Numbered from the stretch's first letter, positions 10,010 through 20,860 are shown. The stretch is 64,000 nt of DNA from an uncultured Bdellovibrionales bacterium (GCA_964579335.1 CAZOFS010000002.1:9581-73580); one strand, 5' to 3'. Made by a program: numbers and translations. The notes: generated by a model not told the origin, from the letters alone.

Positions 10010-11065
10010 TTACACTGTGGCGCGCAACACCTCAATTCCTGGTAGAGTTTTCCCAGAAAGGTACTCAAGCATGGCTCCACCCCCACTTGAGACAAAGCCA
10101 ATTTTATGAAATACCCCGGCTTGTTCGAGGACTGCCAATGACTCCCCACCACCAATCACAACATTGGCCTCACTCTCTAGAATAGCCGCCAAAACTAAAT
10201 TGGTACCAATGTCATATGGTTTCTCTTCAAACTTTCCCATGGGACCGTTCCACACAATCGTTTTAGCCTTTTTAATAATTTGAGCAAAGTAAGCGGCAGT
10301 CATCGGACCAATATCGAGGCGCTGTGGAGAGTCAAAATCCCTGGGCAACAACACTTTTTCATTAAAGGTGAGGCCTTGATCAATGGCTTCATTGGCAATT
10401 TTACCACCCACCAACACGCAGTCATAAATTTCCTGAAAGGCTTGAATAAGAGGAAGTTTAGTTTCGATCTTGGCTCCACCGATAATAGCGACAGCTGGCC
10501 GATCTGGACTCGTCTTGAGTGCATCCAAACGGAGGAGTTCCTCAACCAGATGAAGTCCTGCAGCACTCGGAAGGAGTGTCGGGACAGTCGTAACCGAAGC
10601 ATGGGCTCGATGACTCACTCCAAAAGCCTCATTGACATAACAGTCAAAAGGCGCAGCCAAAGCCTTGGCAAAAACTGGATCATTAGCCTCTTCACCAGGA
10701 TAAAAACGGACATTTTCGAGGAGGAGCACTGCTTGTGAAGGAAGTGTTTCAAGAGCAGTCACTACCTCATCTCCGATACAAGCCGGAACAAACTTCACTT
10801 CTCGCTCAAGCACTCGAGCTACCTCACTCTCTATCTGAGCTGTGGAGAAAGCGGGATCAAAAGGCTTCTTAGGCCGACCAAAATGAGTAAGGAGAGCAAT
10901 CTGCTTGGCTCCAGATTGGAAAAGAGTGTCAATCGTTTTCTTGGCTACCTCAAGTTTGTACCCCTCCTGGATGTGAGCTACATCACGAAGCTCAACATTG
11001 AAGTCTACTCGTACCAAAACTTTTTTTCTCATTACTTCGAGTGACGCTAATTCACGTAAAGCCAT
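10010..11065 (-). CDS. pgk: Phosphoglycerate kinase (compact form)
   Basis: VLVRVDFNV, THFGRP, LLENVRF, WNGPMG, SSGGGAMLEYL; start chosen at MALREL. Confidence 0.96.
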   Translation of the reverse strand: MALRELASLEVMRKKVLVRVDFNVELRDVAHIQEGYKLEVAKKTIDTLFQSGAKQIALLTHFGRPKKPFDPAFSTAQIESEVARVLEREVKFVPACIGDEVVTALETLPSQAVLLLENVRFYPGEEANDPVFAKALAAPFDCYVNEAFGVSHRAHASVTTVPTLLPSAAGLHLVEELLRLDALKTSPDRPAVAIIGGAKIETKLPLIQAFQEIYDCVLVGGKIANEAIDQGLTFNEKVLLPRDFDSPQRLDIGPMTAAYFAQIIKKAKTIVWNGPMGKFEEKPYDIGTNLVLAAILESEANVVIGGGESLAVLEQAGVFHKIGFVSSGGGAMLEYLSGKTLPGIEVLRATV

Positions 11066-11104
11066 AACATGTATATATTTGATAATGCCCAACACGCCCT
11101 ACAT

Positions 11105-12214
11105 TTACGAGCCCATACCTACTATACCAATAATAACACCTACGAGTGCTGTCATGGCCGTAAAAATCCACGCCCGCATAACGACTTTTGGTTCAGGCCA
11201 GCCCTTGGCTTCGAAATGGTGATGCAAAGGTGCGGCCAAAAAAATCTTTCGGCCCAAAAAACGCTTAGCAAAGAGCTGTATAGCGACACTCCCTGATTCG
11301 AGGACGTACACAAAGACAATAATAAAGAGTACGAGAGCTGAATTGGTAAGCATCGCGACGACACCGAGGGTTGTCCCAAGTGAGATAGCTCCAGTATCTC
11401 CCATAAAAAAACGGGCCGGATAGATATTGAACCACAAAAATGCCATGAGGGCGCCGGCTACCGCAGCACAAAAGCTCGCTAGATCAACTTTGTTGTGCAT
11501 GAAGGCCAGTAGTGCAAAGGAGGCAAAGGCCATGAGAAGTACCCCGCCATTGAGTCCATCCAGCCCATCAGTTTCATTGGAAGAAATAGCGGCAAAGAGA
11601 ATCACGAAAAGGAAAAGGGGGATATACCACCAACCGATAGAGAAGTCGCCAAGAGCTGGGATATGGAGTGTGTCCCAACCAAGTTTGCTGTAGAACCACC
11701 AGGCCCCAAGACCAGCAATCGAGAAGAGCCACCAGAAACGGAAGAGGAAACGCATCCCACCACCCTTGTTGCTCCCATAACCACGGACACTCATGTAGTC
11801 ATCCAAGAGTCCAAGGAGTCCAGCCATGACAAGGGTAAAGAGTGGGAGCCATGTCTGAGAGCGTTTGAGAAAGTCCAAACGAGCAATAAAGTTGGTGTCA
11901 GTTACCTCCGCAATCCAGGGAAAGAGCCATTCAGAAGCAAAAGCAAGGATAAGCACAGTTACCCAGATAATGAGCCCTCCCATGGTAGGTGTCCCTGCTT
12001 TCCAGGCATGGAGTTTCGAAACAAAGGTAAGCTTATCACCATTCACCCCATTTTCTTTAATGCGTATACCAATTTTGTATTTATAGAGAATATGCGTCCA
12101 GAGTGGGGTGAGGGCAAAAGCGAGAAGAAACGCCAAAATCCCCGTCACCAATACCTTGACGATATTCATGACGACTGGGAGGTGTTGAAATTGAGCAATG
12201 ACTACAGCATCCAT
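11105..12214 (-). CDS. mraY: Phospho-N-acetylmuramoyl-pentapeptide transferase
   Basis: GTPTMGG, NETDGLDGL, FMGDTG, APLHHHFE. Confidence 0.96.
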   Translation of the reverse strand: MDAVVIAQFQHLPVVMNIVKVLVTGILAFLLAFALTPLWTHILYKYKIGIRIKENGVNGDKLTFVSKLHAWKAGTPTMGGLIIWVTVLILAFASEWLFPWIAEVTDTNFIARLDFLKRSQTWLPLFTLVMAGLLGLLDDYMSVRGYGSNKGGGMRFLFRFWWLFSIAGLGAWWFYSKLGWDTLHIPALGDFSIGWWYIPLFLFVILFAAISSNETDGLDGLNGGVLLMAFASFALLAFMHNKVDLASFCAAVAGALMAFLWFNIYPARFFMGDTGAISLGTTLGVVAMLTNSALVLFIIVFVYVLESGSVAIQLFAKRFLGRKIFLAAPLHHHFEAKGWPEPKVVMRAWIFTAMTALVGVIIGIVGMGS

Positions 12215-12232
12215 AAAAAGTTGTTTTCCTAC

Positions 12233-13267
12233 CTATATCCAATCATACGCCTGAAAGCTCCAAGAGAACATAGAGCGGATACTCTCCCAACGATAGGGGT
12301 CATTGAGGACAACCGCAATCACCGGATGAGCCCCTTCTGGATTTTCGGCTACCGCCAGGAGAGAGTAGCCGGCAAGCGGGGTGAAGCCAGTTTTGGTACC
12401 AATGAGATTAGGCATACTCCCCAAGAGCTGATCGGTATTAAAAATCTCATGGGTAAGCAGCCCATCAACCGAAGTAATAACAGTCTTCTCTGACTGCATC
12501 ATATCCCAGATAATAGGGTGCTTGAGGGCTTCCATGGCTACCAGAGCCATGTCACGTGCTGTTGAGTAGCATTCAGCCTCTCGTCCATCAATTTCAAGTC
12601 CAGATGGAGTACAGAAGTGTGAATTAGTAAGGCCAAGCGTCGCAGCCCGAGCATTCATCTCTGCTACAAAAGCATCACGCGAACCACTCAAGTGTTTTGC
12701 GAGGGCCATAGCTGTATCATTGGCACTATTCATGAGCATAGCTTGAAGTAGATTCCTGACGGTAATTTTTTCTCCTACCTTGAGCCGGACACCGTTACAA
12801 AAACCTGAGCGTGGACACCCTACTCGAGTCCCTTCGGTATAGACTGCTTCTTCATCGATCGTTACGACCTCATCAAGGTTGGCCATGCGTTCTACAATAA
12901 TGAGCGCCGTAAAGAGCTTGGTCAGTGAGGCGACCTGCCGTTTGGTATCAGCTGCTCGGACATAGAGTTCTTGGCCCGTTTCGGCATCAATAATAATCGC
13001 TGCGTGAGCGGTCGGCACCGAGAGATGTGGTGCAAAGTCACGCAAACGTGGCTGGAAAAGAGTTGAAGCCCCACGATTCTCAGCAATAAACGGGAGTGTA
13101 GCCAAAGGAGCTTCGGGAGGATCGCTTTCGGAAGCTGGTTGGAACCATTTCTCCAATACCCCCCATTCACTTATGGCCATATTCAAAACAAGCTCCGGCC
13201 GAGACTGGAAAATCCATGTACCGAGGGTAACCAGTGTGAGTGTGAGAATTAACCAAAAGCGAATCAT
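12233..13267 (-). CDS. D-Ala-D-Ala carboxypeptidase (peptidase S11)
   Basis: ASLTK (SxxK), SAN (SxN), KTG motifs; N-terminal anchor. Confidence 0.92.
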   Translation of the reverse strand: MIRFWLILTLTLVTLGTWIFQSRPELVLNMAISEWGVLEKWFQPASESDPPEAPLATLPFIAENRGASTLFQPRLRDFAPHLSVPTAHAAIIIDAETGQELYVRAADTKRQVASLTKLFTALIIVERMANLDEVVTIDEEAVYTEGTRVGCPRSGFCNGVRLKVGEKITVRNLLQAMLMNSANDTAMALAKHLSGSRDAFVAEMNARAATLGLTNSHFCTPSGLEIDGREAECYSTARDMALVAMEALKHPIIWDMMQSEKTVITSVDGLLTHEIFNTDQLLGSMPNLIGTKTGFTPLAGYSLLAVAENPEGAHPVIAVVLNDPYRWESIRSMFSWSFQAYDWI

Positions 13268-13848
13268 GCGGATGGAGCTACTGAGTCATCAGGGGAAGTT
13301 TCAAGCACTTTGTTGAGGCGTTCGTCTTGTGAGAGAGTGGCAAAGTCAGGCAAGGCCTCTTTCGACGGCAAACCTAGTTTTTCCAAAAGCGCAAGTGATG
13401 GCGTATAGAGGTATTCGCGAGTATCCTCAGGATTTTCTTCGCGCTCAATGAGACCACGCAAGAGGAGATTGCGCAAAGTAAAGCTACAGTTCACCCCACG
13501 GATAGCCTCAATAGCCGAACGAGAGAGTGGTGCTCGGTAGGCGATGATCGCGAGCACCTCAAGTGCGGCTCGAGAGAGACTTTCTTGGAGGAAGCTTTTG
13601 GTAAAACTTTCAAGTACGTGACTGTGCTCAGGTTTAGTAGCAAGCTCCACGTGCTCTTTATCCTGAATAATCATAAGACCAGAGCTCGTATCACCAGCGT
13701 AACGTTTGGCGAGAGCCTCTATAAGCGATGGATACTCATTTTCGTTGAGTGAAAGTAAACTTATAATTTTTTTGCGTGTCAACGCTTCACCACTCACAAA
13801 GAGTAGGGCCTCGAGAGCTCCAAGTTGCTGGACTAAGGGAGTGGTCAT
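13264..13848 (-). CDS. scpB: SMC-Scp complex subunit ScpB
   Basis: LEALLFVSGE, LSRAALEVLAIIAY, IEAIRGVN. Confidence 0.95.
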   Translation of the reverse strand: MTTPLVQQLGALEALLFVSGEALTRKKIISLLSLNENEYPSLIEALAKRYAGDTSSGLMIIQDKEHVELATKPEHSHVLESFTKSFLQESLSRAALEVLAIIAYRAPLSRSAIEAIRGVNCSFTLRNLLLRGLIEREENPEDTREYLYTPSLALLEKLGLPSKEALPDFATLSQDERLNKVLETSPDDSVAPSA

Positions 13849-14567
13849 ACTGTGTGATCTGATTTATGAATACGAATAGCAATATCACCAAAAAAATCTT
13901 TTTGTTCTACGACAACAAGACGTTCTTTGATGAGTTGGAGAAGTGCCAAGAATGATACGATGAGCTCTACTCGATTTTCTACTGTTGCTGTGAGATCGTG
14001 AAAAGAAGTTTCTATTCGCTCAGCGAGGCTCGATCGGAAGAAGGCCATCTTTTCTTCAAGTTTAACGATATGCTCTACCGTCACTTCTTCAAGCGTCTCA
14101 AGGAGTGGGATTTCGCCAATCACCATTTCAAAAGCCTGACGAAGATCAAAAGCCGTGAGGTTGGCAGGAGGGAAAAACACTCCCCCAACACTTTCAAGTG
14201 TCCGCTCTCTTACGTATGCTGACTCTTTTCGCGTAAGCAGCTTCCCAAGCCGAGTGCTCGCTTCACGAAACTTCTGATATTCCCTGAGTTGCCATTCAAG
14301 ATCAGCAATAGATTCCTCCTCTTCATCGGTAAAGCTGAGAAGTGGGAGAAGTGCCCGAGATTTGAGGAGAATCAGTCGAGCTGCTACCGAGAGAAACTGT
14401 GAGAGGTGAGCTAGTGGAAGTTCTTGCTCGCGTTCAAGGTACTCGAGATACTGATCGGCCACCTGAGCCAAAGACACTCGGGTAATATCGAGTTTCTCCT
14501 TTTCAATCAATTGCAAGAGGAGCTCGAGGGGCCCTTCGAACTGCTCCAAATGTACCGCATAGGTCAT
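13845..14567 (-). CDS. scpA: Segregation and condensation protein ScpA
   Basis: FEGPLELLLQLI, LKSRALLP, FLALLQL..Q..FGDI. Confidence 0.95.
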   Translation of the reverse strand: MTYAVHLEQFEGPLELLLQLIEKEKLDITRVSLAQVADQYLEYLEREQELPLAHLSQFLSVAARLILLKSRALLPLLSFTDEEEESIADLEWQLREYQKFREASTRLGKLLTRKESAYVRERTLESVGGVFFPPANLTAFDLRQAFEMVIGEIPLLETLEEVTVEHIVKLEEKMAFFRSSLAERIETSFHDLTATVENRVELIVSFLALLQLIKERLVVVEQKDFFGDIAIRIHKSDHTV

Positions 14568-14671
14568 AGGCTCCCCGCTATTGTAGCACGGAGAAAGTGG
14601 AAGGAAAAAGATCCCTCCACAGAGCTGATTCCTTCCCTTTGTCTGACGAAGTTACCATATCATATCCCCTA

Positions 14672-15865
14672 CTATCTCTCTGACTCACTCCTGGTATCAC
14701 GTAGGGTAAGTACAAGAAAACAGGCAGCGAGAGCAAATGCAGCCACTAGAAAGAAAAGTCCTGAAAGAGGGAAGATGGCAAGGAAAAAGATACCGACGAT
14801 GGCTGCAAATATATTGGCTGTCGGGCGAGCAGTACGGAAAAAAGCAATAATGTCTGCATCCTCGCTCGTAATCTGTTTGTAGAAATATGAGTCGCGGAGA
14901 ATTTCTACCCCTGCTGCTCCGATCCGAGTAGCAAAGAGCACGAGGGCCCAAAATACGATCGTCTCATGTGAAGCAAGTGCTACCCAAGTAGTAGCCACGA
15001 CCATAATAACCAATGAAAGGAGCAGCAACTCTTTTTCACCCCACTTCTTATCAGCCAATATTCCAAGCGGATATTGAATCAACACAAACGGGATCAGCAT
15101 AATCGTAAAGATAAATCCAATGTCAGTCCAGTCGTATCCATAGGAGCGTAACAGAATGGGTGAGTAAACAATCATGATGACATAAAAGAATTCAAGCGCC
15201 CAAGAAACAGCGTAAATGGAGAGGAGATTTCTCTGCTGGACCACTTTTTTGAGTGTCACAATAAATGAAATTCGTTTCTCACTGTATGTACGATGACTGC
15301 GTAGTCCGAGAGTGGCTATTATCAGCACGATGGCATATCCGACCGTACTAACTAGGAACACTCCTTCATACCCAGATTGAGAGAGGGTCCATGTTGAGAT
15401 AAATGGGGCGAGGAGTAGCCCAGCATTTAAGACAGTGAGGTAAAAACCACGGATCCGTCCAGAAACTCTATCAGAAGAAAAATCCTCAAGCAGAATATCA
15501 GTGACTGGGCCAAGAGTATTACTCACGATAAGGAAAAGGAGGAGAACAAGAGCGCCAACCCAGTGCGGTCCAGAAAGACTGAGGTAGAAACTGAGCATGA
15601 TTAGTGCCACGTAGAGCAGAAGGAGCAGCCGTACTGAACCAAAGCGATGCAGGATAGGCTGCAAATACATGAGTATACCGAGTACTGCCGCATAGGCAAC
15701 CAGATAAAACCCCCCAACGAGATTCTCTCCAGACAATGAAGCAAAATAGGATGAAAGGATATAGAGCAGGAACGCATCAAGAAACCCGACAATAAATGAA
15801 AGTCCCGACAGAAAACGAACTTTGTTCCGGTTAAATTTTTCTTGATACTTATTTTCGAGCGACAT
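14672..15865 (-). CDS. MFS transporter
   Basis: About 12 hydrophobic segments; GILADKKWGEK motif-A-like loop. Confidence 0.85.
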   Translation of the reverse strand: MSLENKYQEKFNRNKVRFLSGLSFIVGFLDAFLLYILSSYFASLSGENLVGGFYLVAYAAVLGILMYLQPILHRFGSVRLLLLLYVALIMLSFYLSLSGPHWVGALVLLLFLIVSNTLGPVTDILLEDFSSDRVSGRIRGFYLTVLNAGLLLAPFISTWTLSQSGYEGVFLVSTVGYAIVLIIATLGLRSHRTYSEKRISFIVTLKKVVQQRNLLSIYAVSWALEFFYVIMIVYSPILLRSYGYDWTDIGFIFTIMLIPFVLIQYPLGILADKKWGEKELLLLSLVIMVVATTWVALASHETIVFWALVLFATRIGAAGVEILRDSYFYKQITSEDADIIAFFRTARPTANIFAAIVGIFFLAIFPLSGLFFLVAAFALAACFLVLTLRDTRSESER

Positions 15866-15901
15866 GTTTCTATTATGCCACACAAACTCAATTTCTAAAC
15901 A

Positions 15902-16333
15902 CTAGGGTTCGAGACAACCCGGAAGATAGCCTTTGGCTTTGGCATCTTCGACTGAAGCGAAGCAACGCTTATTCTCGGGCTTAATTTGTTTGGCACAACG
16001 AGAGGCTGGATGATGATATTTATTACTATTCTTACTCCCTACTAATTGGCACTCCGTTATAACCGTAGTCGAGGATTGATTTTTGGTTTCAGAGGGAGAA
16101 GGTAGGTCTTTGGCCAAAGAGCTCTCCACGGATGTGGATACATTGCTCACTGGCGCAGATTCGGCCACTCGGATAATCACCGGCTCAGTATTTTTCCCCA
16201 GACTTTTTTGGAGTAATCCAGCCTGGAAAGAAAGGGTGGCCACCAAGATAAAAGCCAGGCCCAAGAGAAATTTGGAGCTGTACTCAACCCAAGTATTTTT
16301 ACCCCACAGAGTGACTTTATTAACCCATTGCAT
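15902..16333 (-). CDS. Membrane-anchored protein with C-terminal Ada-metal-binding-like domain
   Basis: TM helix, Ser/Thr-rich linker, VGSKNSNKYH..C..IKPEN..F...A.AKGY.PGC. Confidence 0.7.
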   Translation of the reverse strand: MQWVNKVTLWGKNTWVEYSSKFLLGLAFILVATLSFQAGLLQKSLGKNTEPVIIRVAESAPVSNVSTSVESSLAKDLPSPSETKNQSSTTVITECQLVGSKNSNKYHHPASRCAKQIKPENKRCFASVEDAKAKGYLPGCLEP

Positions 16334-16341
16334 ACTCGTAG

Positions 16342-16369
16342 TTGACAGGAAGCCTAGATGTGTTATACT
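16342..16369 (+). promoter_or_regulatory. sigma70-type promoter of rpmA
   Basis: TTGACA-16 nt-TATACT. Confidence 0.6.
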
Positions 16370-16416
16370 CTCCAAGTATTACATTTGAATTCCCAGTGTA
16401 GGGGAAATAGACCAAT

Positions 16417-16701
16417 ATGGCAACCAGAAAAGCGGGTGGATCAACCGCCCTCGGCCGTGACTCAATCTCCAAGCGTCTCGGCGTCAAAATCTTTGGAGGA
16501 CAACCTGCTCTCGAGGGTAATATCCTCGTACGTCAGCGCGGGACCAAGTTCCATGCTGGGAAGAACGTCGAGCGAGGAAGCGATGACACTCTCTTTGCTC
16601 TCACCGATGGAGTAGTCCAGTTTGAGGAGCGTAAGGTCAAGGCCTTTACCGGCAAGCTCGCCAAGCGCATGTTCGTCCACGTCCTCCCCGCTTCCAAATA
16701 A
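16417..16701 (+). CDS. rpmA: 50S ribosomal protein L27
   Basis: [31 protein letters not shown]. Confidence 0.97.
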   Translation: MATRKAGGSTALGRDSISKRLGVKIFGGQPALEGNILVRQRGTKFHAGKNVERGSDDTLFALTDGVVQFEERKVKAFTGKLAKRMFVHVLPASK

Positions 16702-16716
16702 CGTTCGTCCTCAAGC

Positions 16717-16752
16717 AAAAACCCCTCGAGCAATCGAAGGGTTTTTCTTTTG
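16717..16752. terminator. Bidirectional intrinsic terminator
   Basis: AAAAACCCCTCGA-gcaa-TCGAAGGGTTTTT. Confidence 0.8.
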
Positions 16753-16786
16753 GTTTAACCAGAATTTTCATCCTACATTCCTCTCT

Positions 16787-18502
16787 CTACCATCCCCCTC
16801 CTCCTCCGCCTCCACCACCGCCACCAGAGGATCCGCCACCACTTGAGCCCGAGCTTGTGCCCATATTGGAAGCAATGCTTGATGAAACACTCTCCATTTG
16901 ACTGGCGAAGCTACTGGCATCAAACCCGGTATCGAAAGAGCCGACAAACCAAGCTGGATGATAGTTTTTGAAGTATAGAGCGCCATACATCTCTTCCATT
17001 TTCTTGATCCATTCCTTGGTCATCCCAAAGAGAATCGCTATAGGGAGAAGTGTTTCAAATACCCCCTCTTTTTCATGAAACTGCTGCCGGTACTTCTCGG
17101 CTGTCTCCATATAGAGCTTGAGCCCTTTGAGCTTGGCATAGGTTTCTACTCCGAGGTTAGTACGCTTGGGCATGACTATACCAAACCCCACAAATAACAA
17201 CCAGGTAAGAATAATCGCCACTATAGCTACCCAATGAAGTCCAGCTAAAAAAGTAAAGGATACCAATAACCCCACTATACCAATACCAACAAAAATATTT
17301 TGATACGTAAAGCCCGAGCGCTCAATAAGCTTAGCTTGAATAAGTGAGTCCTTTATGCGCTTCGTCAGTGGGCCCAGGACAGGATGAAATTTGTGTTTCA
17401 AATCCTTGAGCTTTACGCTGTTACCCGTAGCGAATACTGTATCGAGAAGGAGCTGCTGCTCGGGAGTAGCTATGAAATCAGTAGGTATATGTCGTTCCAG
17501 CACGAAGTCTTTGCTTTCAAAAAAGAGAATTTTCTCAGTCGTTTGATGAATGGTCACTACGCCTTTCACGGCGAGCTCTATGAGAGCCGCGGTAATGTAC
17601 TCAGACTTGAGACCGCCATTCGAAAGCAGTACCCCAGCCGTAAGAGCATTGAGTCCAGCCGGGATCTCGTATTCTGCGATTACAGGCTTATCCCACGCTG
17701 GATCATCACCATACCGCCGCCACATTCGATAGAGATAGATGCCCATAACCACAGGTATGAGAAACCAGAGATACGGGCCATAGAGCTCCCACCAGGAAAA
17801 TTGGTACGGGGTAAAGATGGTTGTGGGAAAACTGGCTGAAACGGTAATTCCTTCACGGAGAGCGAGGCCCCGGGTACTTTTGACTACGAGCGTATGATCA
17901 TTGTCCCAGCGAGCGGCTGCGATCTCGTTGGATGTAGTACCGAGAGCGCCACTGTAGAGATTGAGCTCGGTCGTCGTTTGAGTCACCCCGTCTGGGAAAT
18001 GCACGGTTCCGACGAAGGTATCAATCGGTAGATCCCAGAAGTTGCCCACTACATTCCAATACCACTCATGAAACTCCCCCTGGTCACGGATCACATTGCG
18101 GACGACATACACGATTTGGTACTCATTGATACCAGTTACCGTCTTATCTGGATCACCAATTTTCCACGTGATAGTATCGTCACTCGTGTTTCTTGTCTCC
18201 TCAAATTTGTGTGGCCGGCCCGCAAAGTCCGTAATGCTGAGAAGAGTCACCGGCGTTTCGATATCTCCCCCTGGTGTCTGGACGGCTGTTGGGACTACCC
18301 GAAATATCCCATGTTTCCCGACACACTCACCACAGTCAGCCGTAATCCGCTCGGTCACGGTCATGATTGAATCTTCCCGTATCTCAAACTCAGCCCGAAA
18401 ATCCTGTATATACCAATCGGTCACGTTTTCTCGCGCCTGGACCTTTGGCACATTAAACAGACAAGCACTCATTACCACGAGAAGAAAGAGAGATTGCTTC
18501 AT
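16787..18502 (-). CDS. DUF2207-family membrane protein
   Basis: Signal peptide, VTERI..GIFR, YWNVVG, several TMs, Gly/Ser tail ending GGGGGGW. Confidence 0.9.
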   Translation of the reverse strand: MKQSLFLLVVMSACLFNVPKVQARENVTDWYIQDFRAEFEIREDSIMTVTERITADCGECVGKHGIFRVVPTAVQTPGGDIETPVTLLSITDFAGRPHKFEETRNTSDDTITWKIGDPDKTVTGINEYQIVYVVRNVIRDQGEFHEWYWNVVGNFWDLPIDTFVGTVHFPDGVTQTTTELNLYSGALGTTSNEIAAARWDNDHTLVVKSTRGLALREGITVSASFPTTIFTPYQFSWWELYGPYLWFLIPVVMGIYLYRMWRRYGDDPAWDKPVIAEYEIPAGLNALTAGVLLSNGGLKSEYITAALIELAVKGVVTIHQTTEKILFFESKDFVLERHIPTDFIATPEQQLLLDTVFATGNSVKLKDLKHKFHPVLGPLTKRIKDSLIQAKLIERSGFTYQNIFVGIGIVGLLVSFTFLAGLHWVAIVAIILTWLLFVGFGIVMPKRTNLGVETYAKLKGLKLYMETAEKYRQQFHEKEGVFETLLPIAILFGMTKEWIKKMEEMYGALYFKNYHPAWFVGSFDTGFDASSFASQMESVSSSIASNMGTSSGSSGGGSSGGGGGGGGGGGW

Positions 18503-18503
18503 A

Positions 18504-19148
18504 CTACTGCGGTGGCTTAGGTGGTCGTCCTCCAAAACCCATTCTCACTAATTTTTCCCCAGCCTGCCAGACACTATCGGGAATATTTTGTTCAGTTTGA
18601 AACCCATACTTTGGATACTCTTTCAGCCTTTGAAGATCTCCAACCATTGTATCTAAAAACGGTTTTATCTTGTTTCTTGGCTGCCAATTTTCATAAGCTA
18701 CTTGTGGTGATGTAACCTGGCACTCTATCTCTGGCCATTGCTTTTGCATTGTAGCCCAAGTTCGACGTTCCATGTATGGTTTCTGAACAACAATCACTGA
18801 ACGTAGTGAAATATTATGTTGTTGCAGAAGTTTTTTGGTGAATAATATATTTTCTCCGGTATTCGATGCTTTAGGTTCAATCAAAATCTTATTCTCTGGA
18901 ACACCACGATCTATAAGTACATCAGCAAAAACCTCTGCTTCTGGTTTCGGAAACGGATTACGCGTACCAGGGAATCCACTCGTAATTATGAGTTGAGCAT
19001 ACCCTTGATGGTAAAGTTCAGCTGCTCGTTCAGCAACACGCACGTCACTTGTGCCCATGGCAAAAATAGCATCAGCTGGCTTTAGCTCTTGATGCATGAG
19101 CATATAGTCCCAAATAATTTTGGCGTATTGGTCTACTGGCTCATCCAT
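18504..19148 (-). CDS. YdcF/ElyC (DUF218) family protein
   Basis: AERAAELY, EAEVFA, EPKASNTGENI, KPYMERR. Confidence 0.88.
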   Translation of the reverse strand: MDEPVDQYAKIIWDYMLMHQELKPADAIFAMGTSDVRVAERAAELYHQGYAQLIITSGFPGTRNPFPKPEAEVFADVLIDRGVPENKILIEPKASNTGENILFTKKLLQQHNISLRSVIVVQKPYMERRTWATMQKQWPEIECQVTSPQVAYENWQPRNKIKPFLDTMVGDLQRLKEYPKYGFQTEQNIPDSVWQAGEKLVRMGFGGRPPKPPQ

Positions 19149-19163
19149 AGTTTAAGGACTCCT

Positions 19164-20819
19164 TTATTTCTTCTTACACGCTTCGAGGAAGGCGACAAAG
19201 AGTGGATGGGGAGTGAGGAGGGATGATTGGAATTCAGGATGAAATTGAGTGCCGAGGAAGAAGGGGTGTTTCTCTCTCGGGAGCTCAGCAATTTCCATGA
19301 GAACACCGTCGGGCGAAGTGGCTGAGAAGATGAGTCCACCCTTCTTGAGTCGCTCGACATAGGCTGGATTGACCTCATAACGGTGACGATGTCGTTCGAT
19401 TACCCTGGCACTTTGGTAGGCGTCAGAGGCAAGAGTATCTTTGAGGAGCTTGGCTGGATATTCACCCAGTCGCATACTTCCCCCATAGTTTTTCTCGGCC
19501 AGTTTTTTCTTTTGGTCCGGCATGACATCGATCACGAGGTGCTTCGCCTCAGGATTGATCTCATGAGTAGTCGCATCAGCGAGTTTGAGTATATGCCGAG
19601 CGTACTCGATAACGAGGAGCTGCATCCCATAACAGAGGCCAAAATACGGAATTTTATTGACCCGGCAATACTCGATTGCTTTAATCTTGCCCTCTACTCC
19701 CCGTGCACCGAAGCCACCGGGGATAAGGACGCCGTCAAACCCTTTGAGTTCACTCAGCTTTTCTGGATCCCGCTCATACTCAGTAGCGTCAAGCCAGTGG
19801 AGTTCGGGCTTTTGCTTGGTAGCATAGGCTGCATGCTTGAGGGACTCAATGACACTAATGTAGGCGTCCGAAAGGACATAGTCTCCAGTTTTGAAGTATT
19901 TGCCGACAATGCCAATTTTGACCTTACTCCGGACTTGTTTCATAAGAGCGACCTTGCGTTTCCATGGACCCAAGTCTCGCTTTTTAGCTCGTACTCCAAA
20001 CCGCTCAAGCAGGCGGTCACTCAAATGATCCTTTTCAAAGTTGATCGGGACATCATAAATACTCTCCACATCAGGAGCGCTAATCACAGCATCGGGAGGG
20101 ACATTACAAAAAACCGCGATCTTTTCTTTGCGTTTATCATCGAGGGGTCGATCAGCTCGCGCAATAATGAAGTCTGGTTGAATCCCGGTACCATTGAGCG
20201 TACGTACGGCATGCTGGGTTGGTTTGGTTTTCATTTCACCCACCTTGGATGGAGTCGGGACATAGCTTACCATCACCGTGAGGACATCTCCTGGATGCTC
20301 GATCTTCATCATACGCACTGCTTCGAGAAAGAGAATATTTTCGTATTCCCCCACCGTGCCACCGATCTCGACAATCGTGACATCAGCCTTGGCTTTCCTA
20401 GCTGCGCCTTTGATCCGGCTGATAACCTCGAGCGGGATATGGGGTACCACCTGGACACAGCGGCCACCATACTCGAGGTTACGCTCTCGTTCGATCACTT
20501 GTTGGTAGACTGAGCCAGTGGTCATATAGTTGGCCCGCGAGAGTTTGAGTCCCATGAAGCGCTCATAGTTGCCCATATCCTGGTCCGTCTCATAGCCATC
20601 GGCGAGGACAAACACTTCACCATGCTCAGTCGGATTCATGGTACCCGCATCGACATTGATATAGGGGTCGATTTTCATGGCGGTTACCGTAAGACCACGT
20701 GACTGAAGAATTTTCCCGATCGATGAAGCTGTGATGCCCTTCCCTACCCCACTCATCACTCCACCCACGACAAAAATATATTTTTCCTTGGATCGCTTGA
20801 TTGCTTTTCTTTTGGCCAT
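19164..20819 (-). CDS. pyrG: CTP synthase
   Basis: GGVMSGVGKG, KIDPYINVDAGTMNP, GLCYGMQ, QFHPEF. Confidence 0.98.
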   Translation of the reverse strand: MAKRKAIKRSKEKYIFVVGGVMSGVGKGITASSIGKILQSRGLTVTAMKIDPYINVDAGTMNPTEHGEVFVLADGYETDQDMGNYERFMGLKLSRANYMTTGSVYQQVIERERNLEYGGRCVQVVPHIPLEVISRIKGAARKAKADVTIVEIGGTVGEYENILFLEAVRMMKIEHPGDVLTVMVSYVPTPSKVGEMKTKPTQHAVRTLNGTGIQPDFIIARADRPLDDKRKEKIAVFCNVPPDAVISAPDVESIYDVPINFEKDHLSDRLLERFGVRAKKRDLGPWKRKVALMKQVRSKVKIGIVGKYFKTGDYVLSDAYISVIESLKHAAYATKQKPELHWLDATEYERDPEKLSELKGFDGVLIPGGFGARGVEGKIKAIEYCRVNKIPYFGLCYGMQLLVIEYARHILKLADATTHEINPEAKHLVIDVMPDQKKKLAEKNYGGSMRLGEYPAKLLKDTLASDAYQSARVIERHRHRYEVNPAYVERLKKGGLIFSATSPDGVLMEIAELPREKHPFFLGTQFHPEFQSSLLTPHPLFVAFLEACKKK

Positions 20820-20860
20820 ATCAGGTACTAGCTAGTAGACAAATATTTACCTTTTAGAGA

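Noticed and set aside
16787-16860. CCA/CCG/CCT triplet repeat
   Set aside because: It encodes the normal Gly/Ser tail of DUF2207 proteins.
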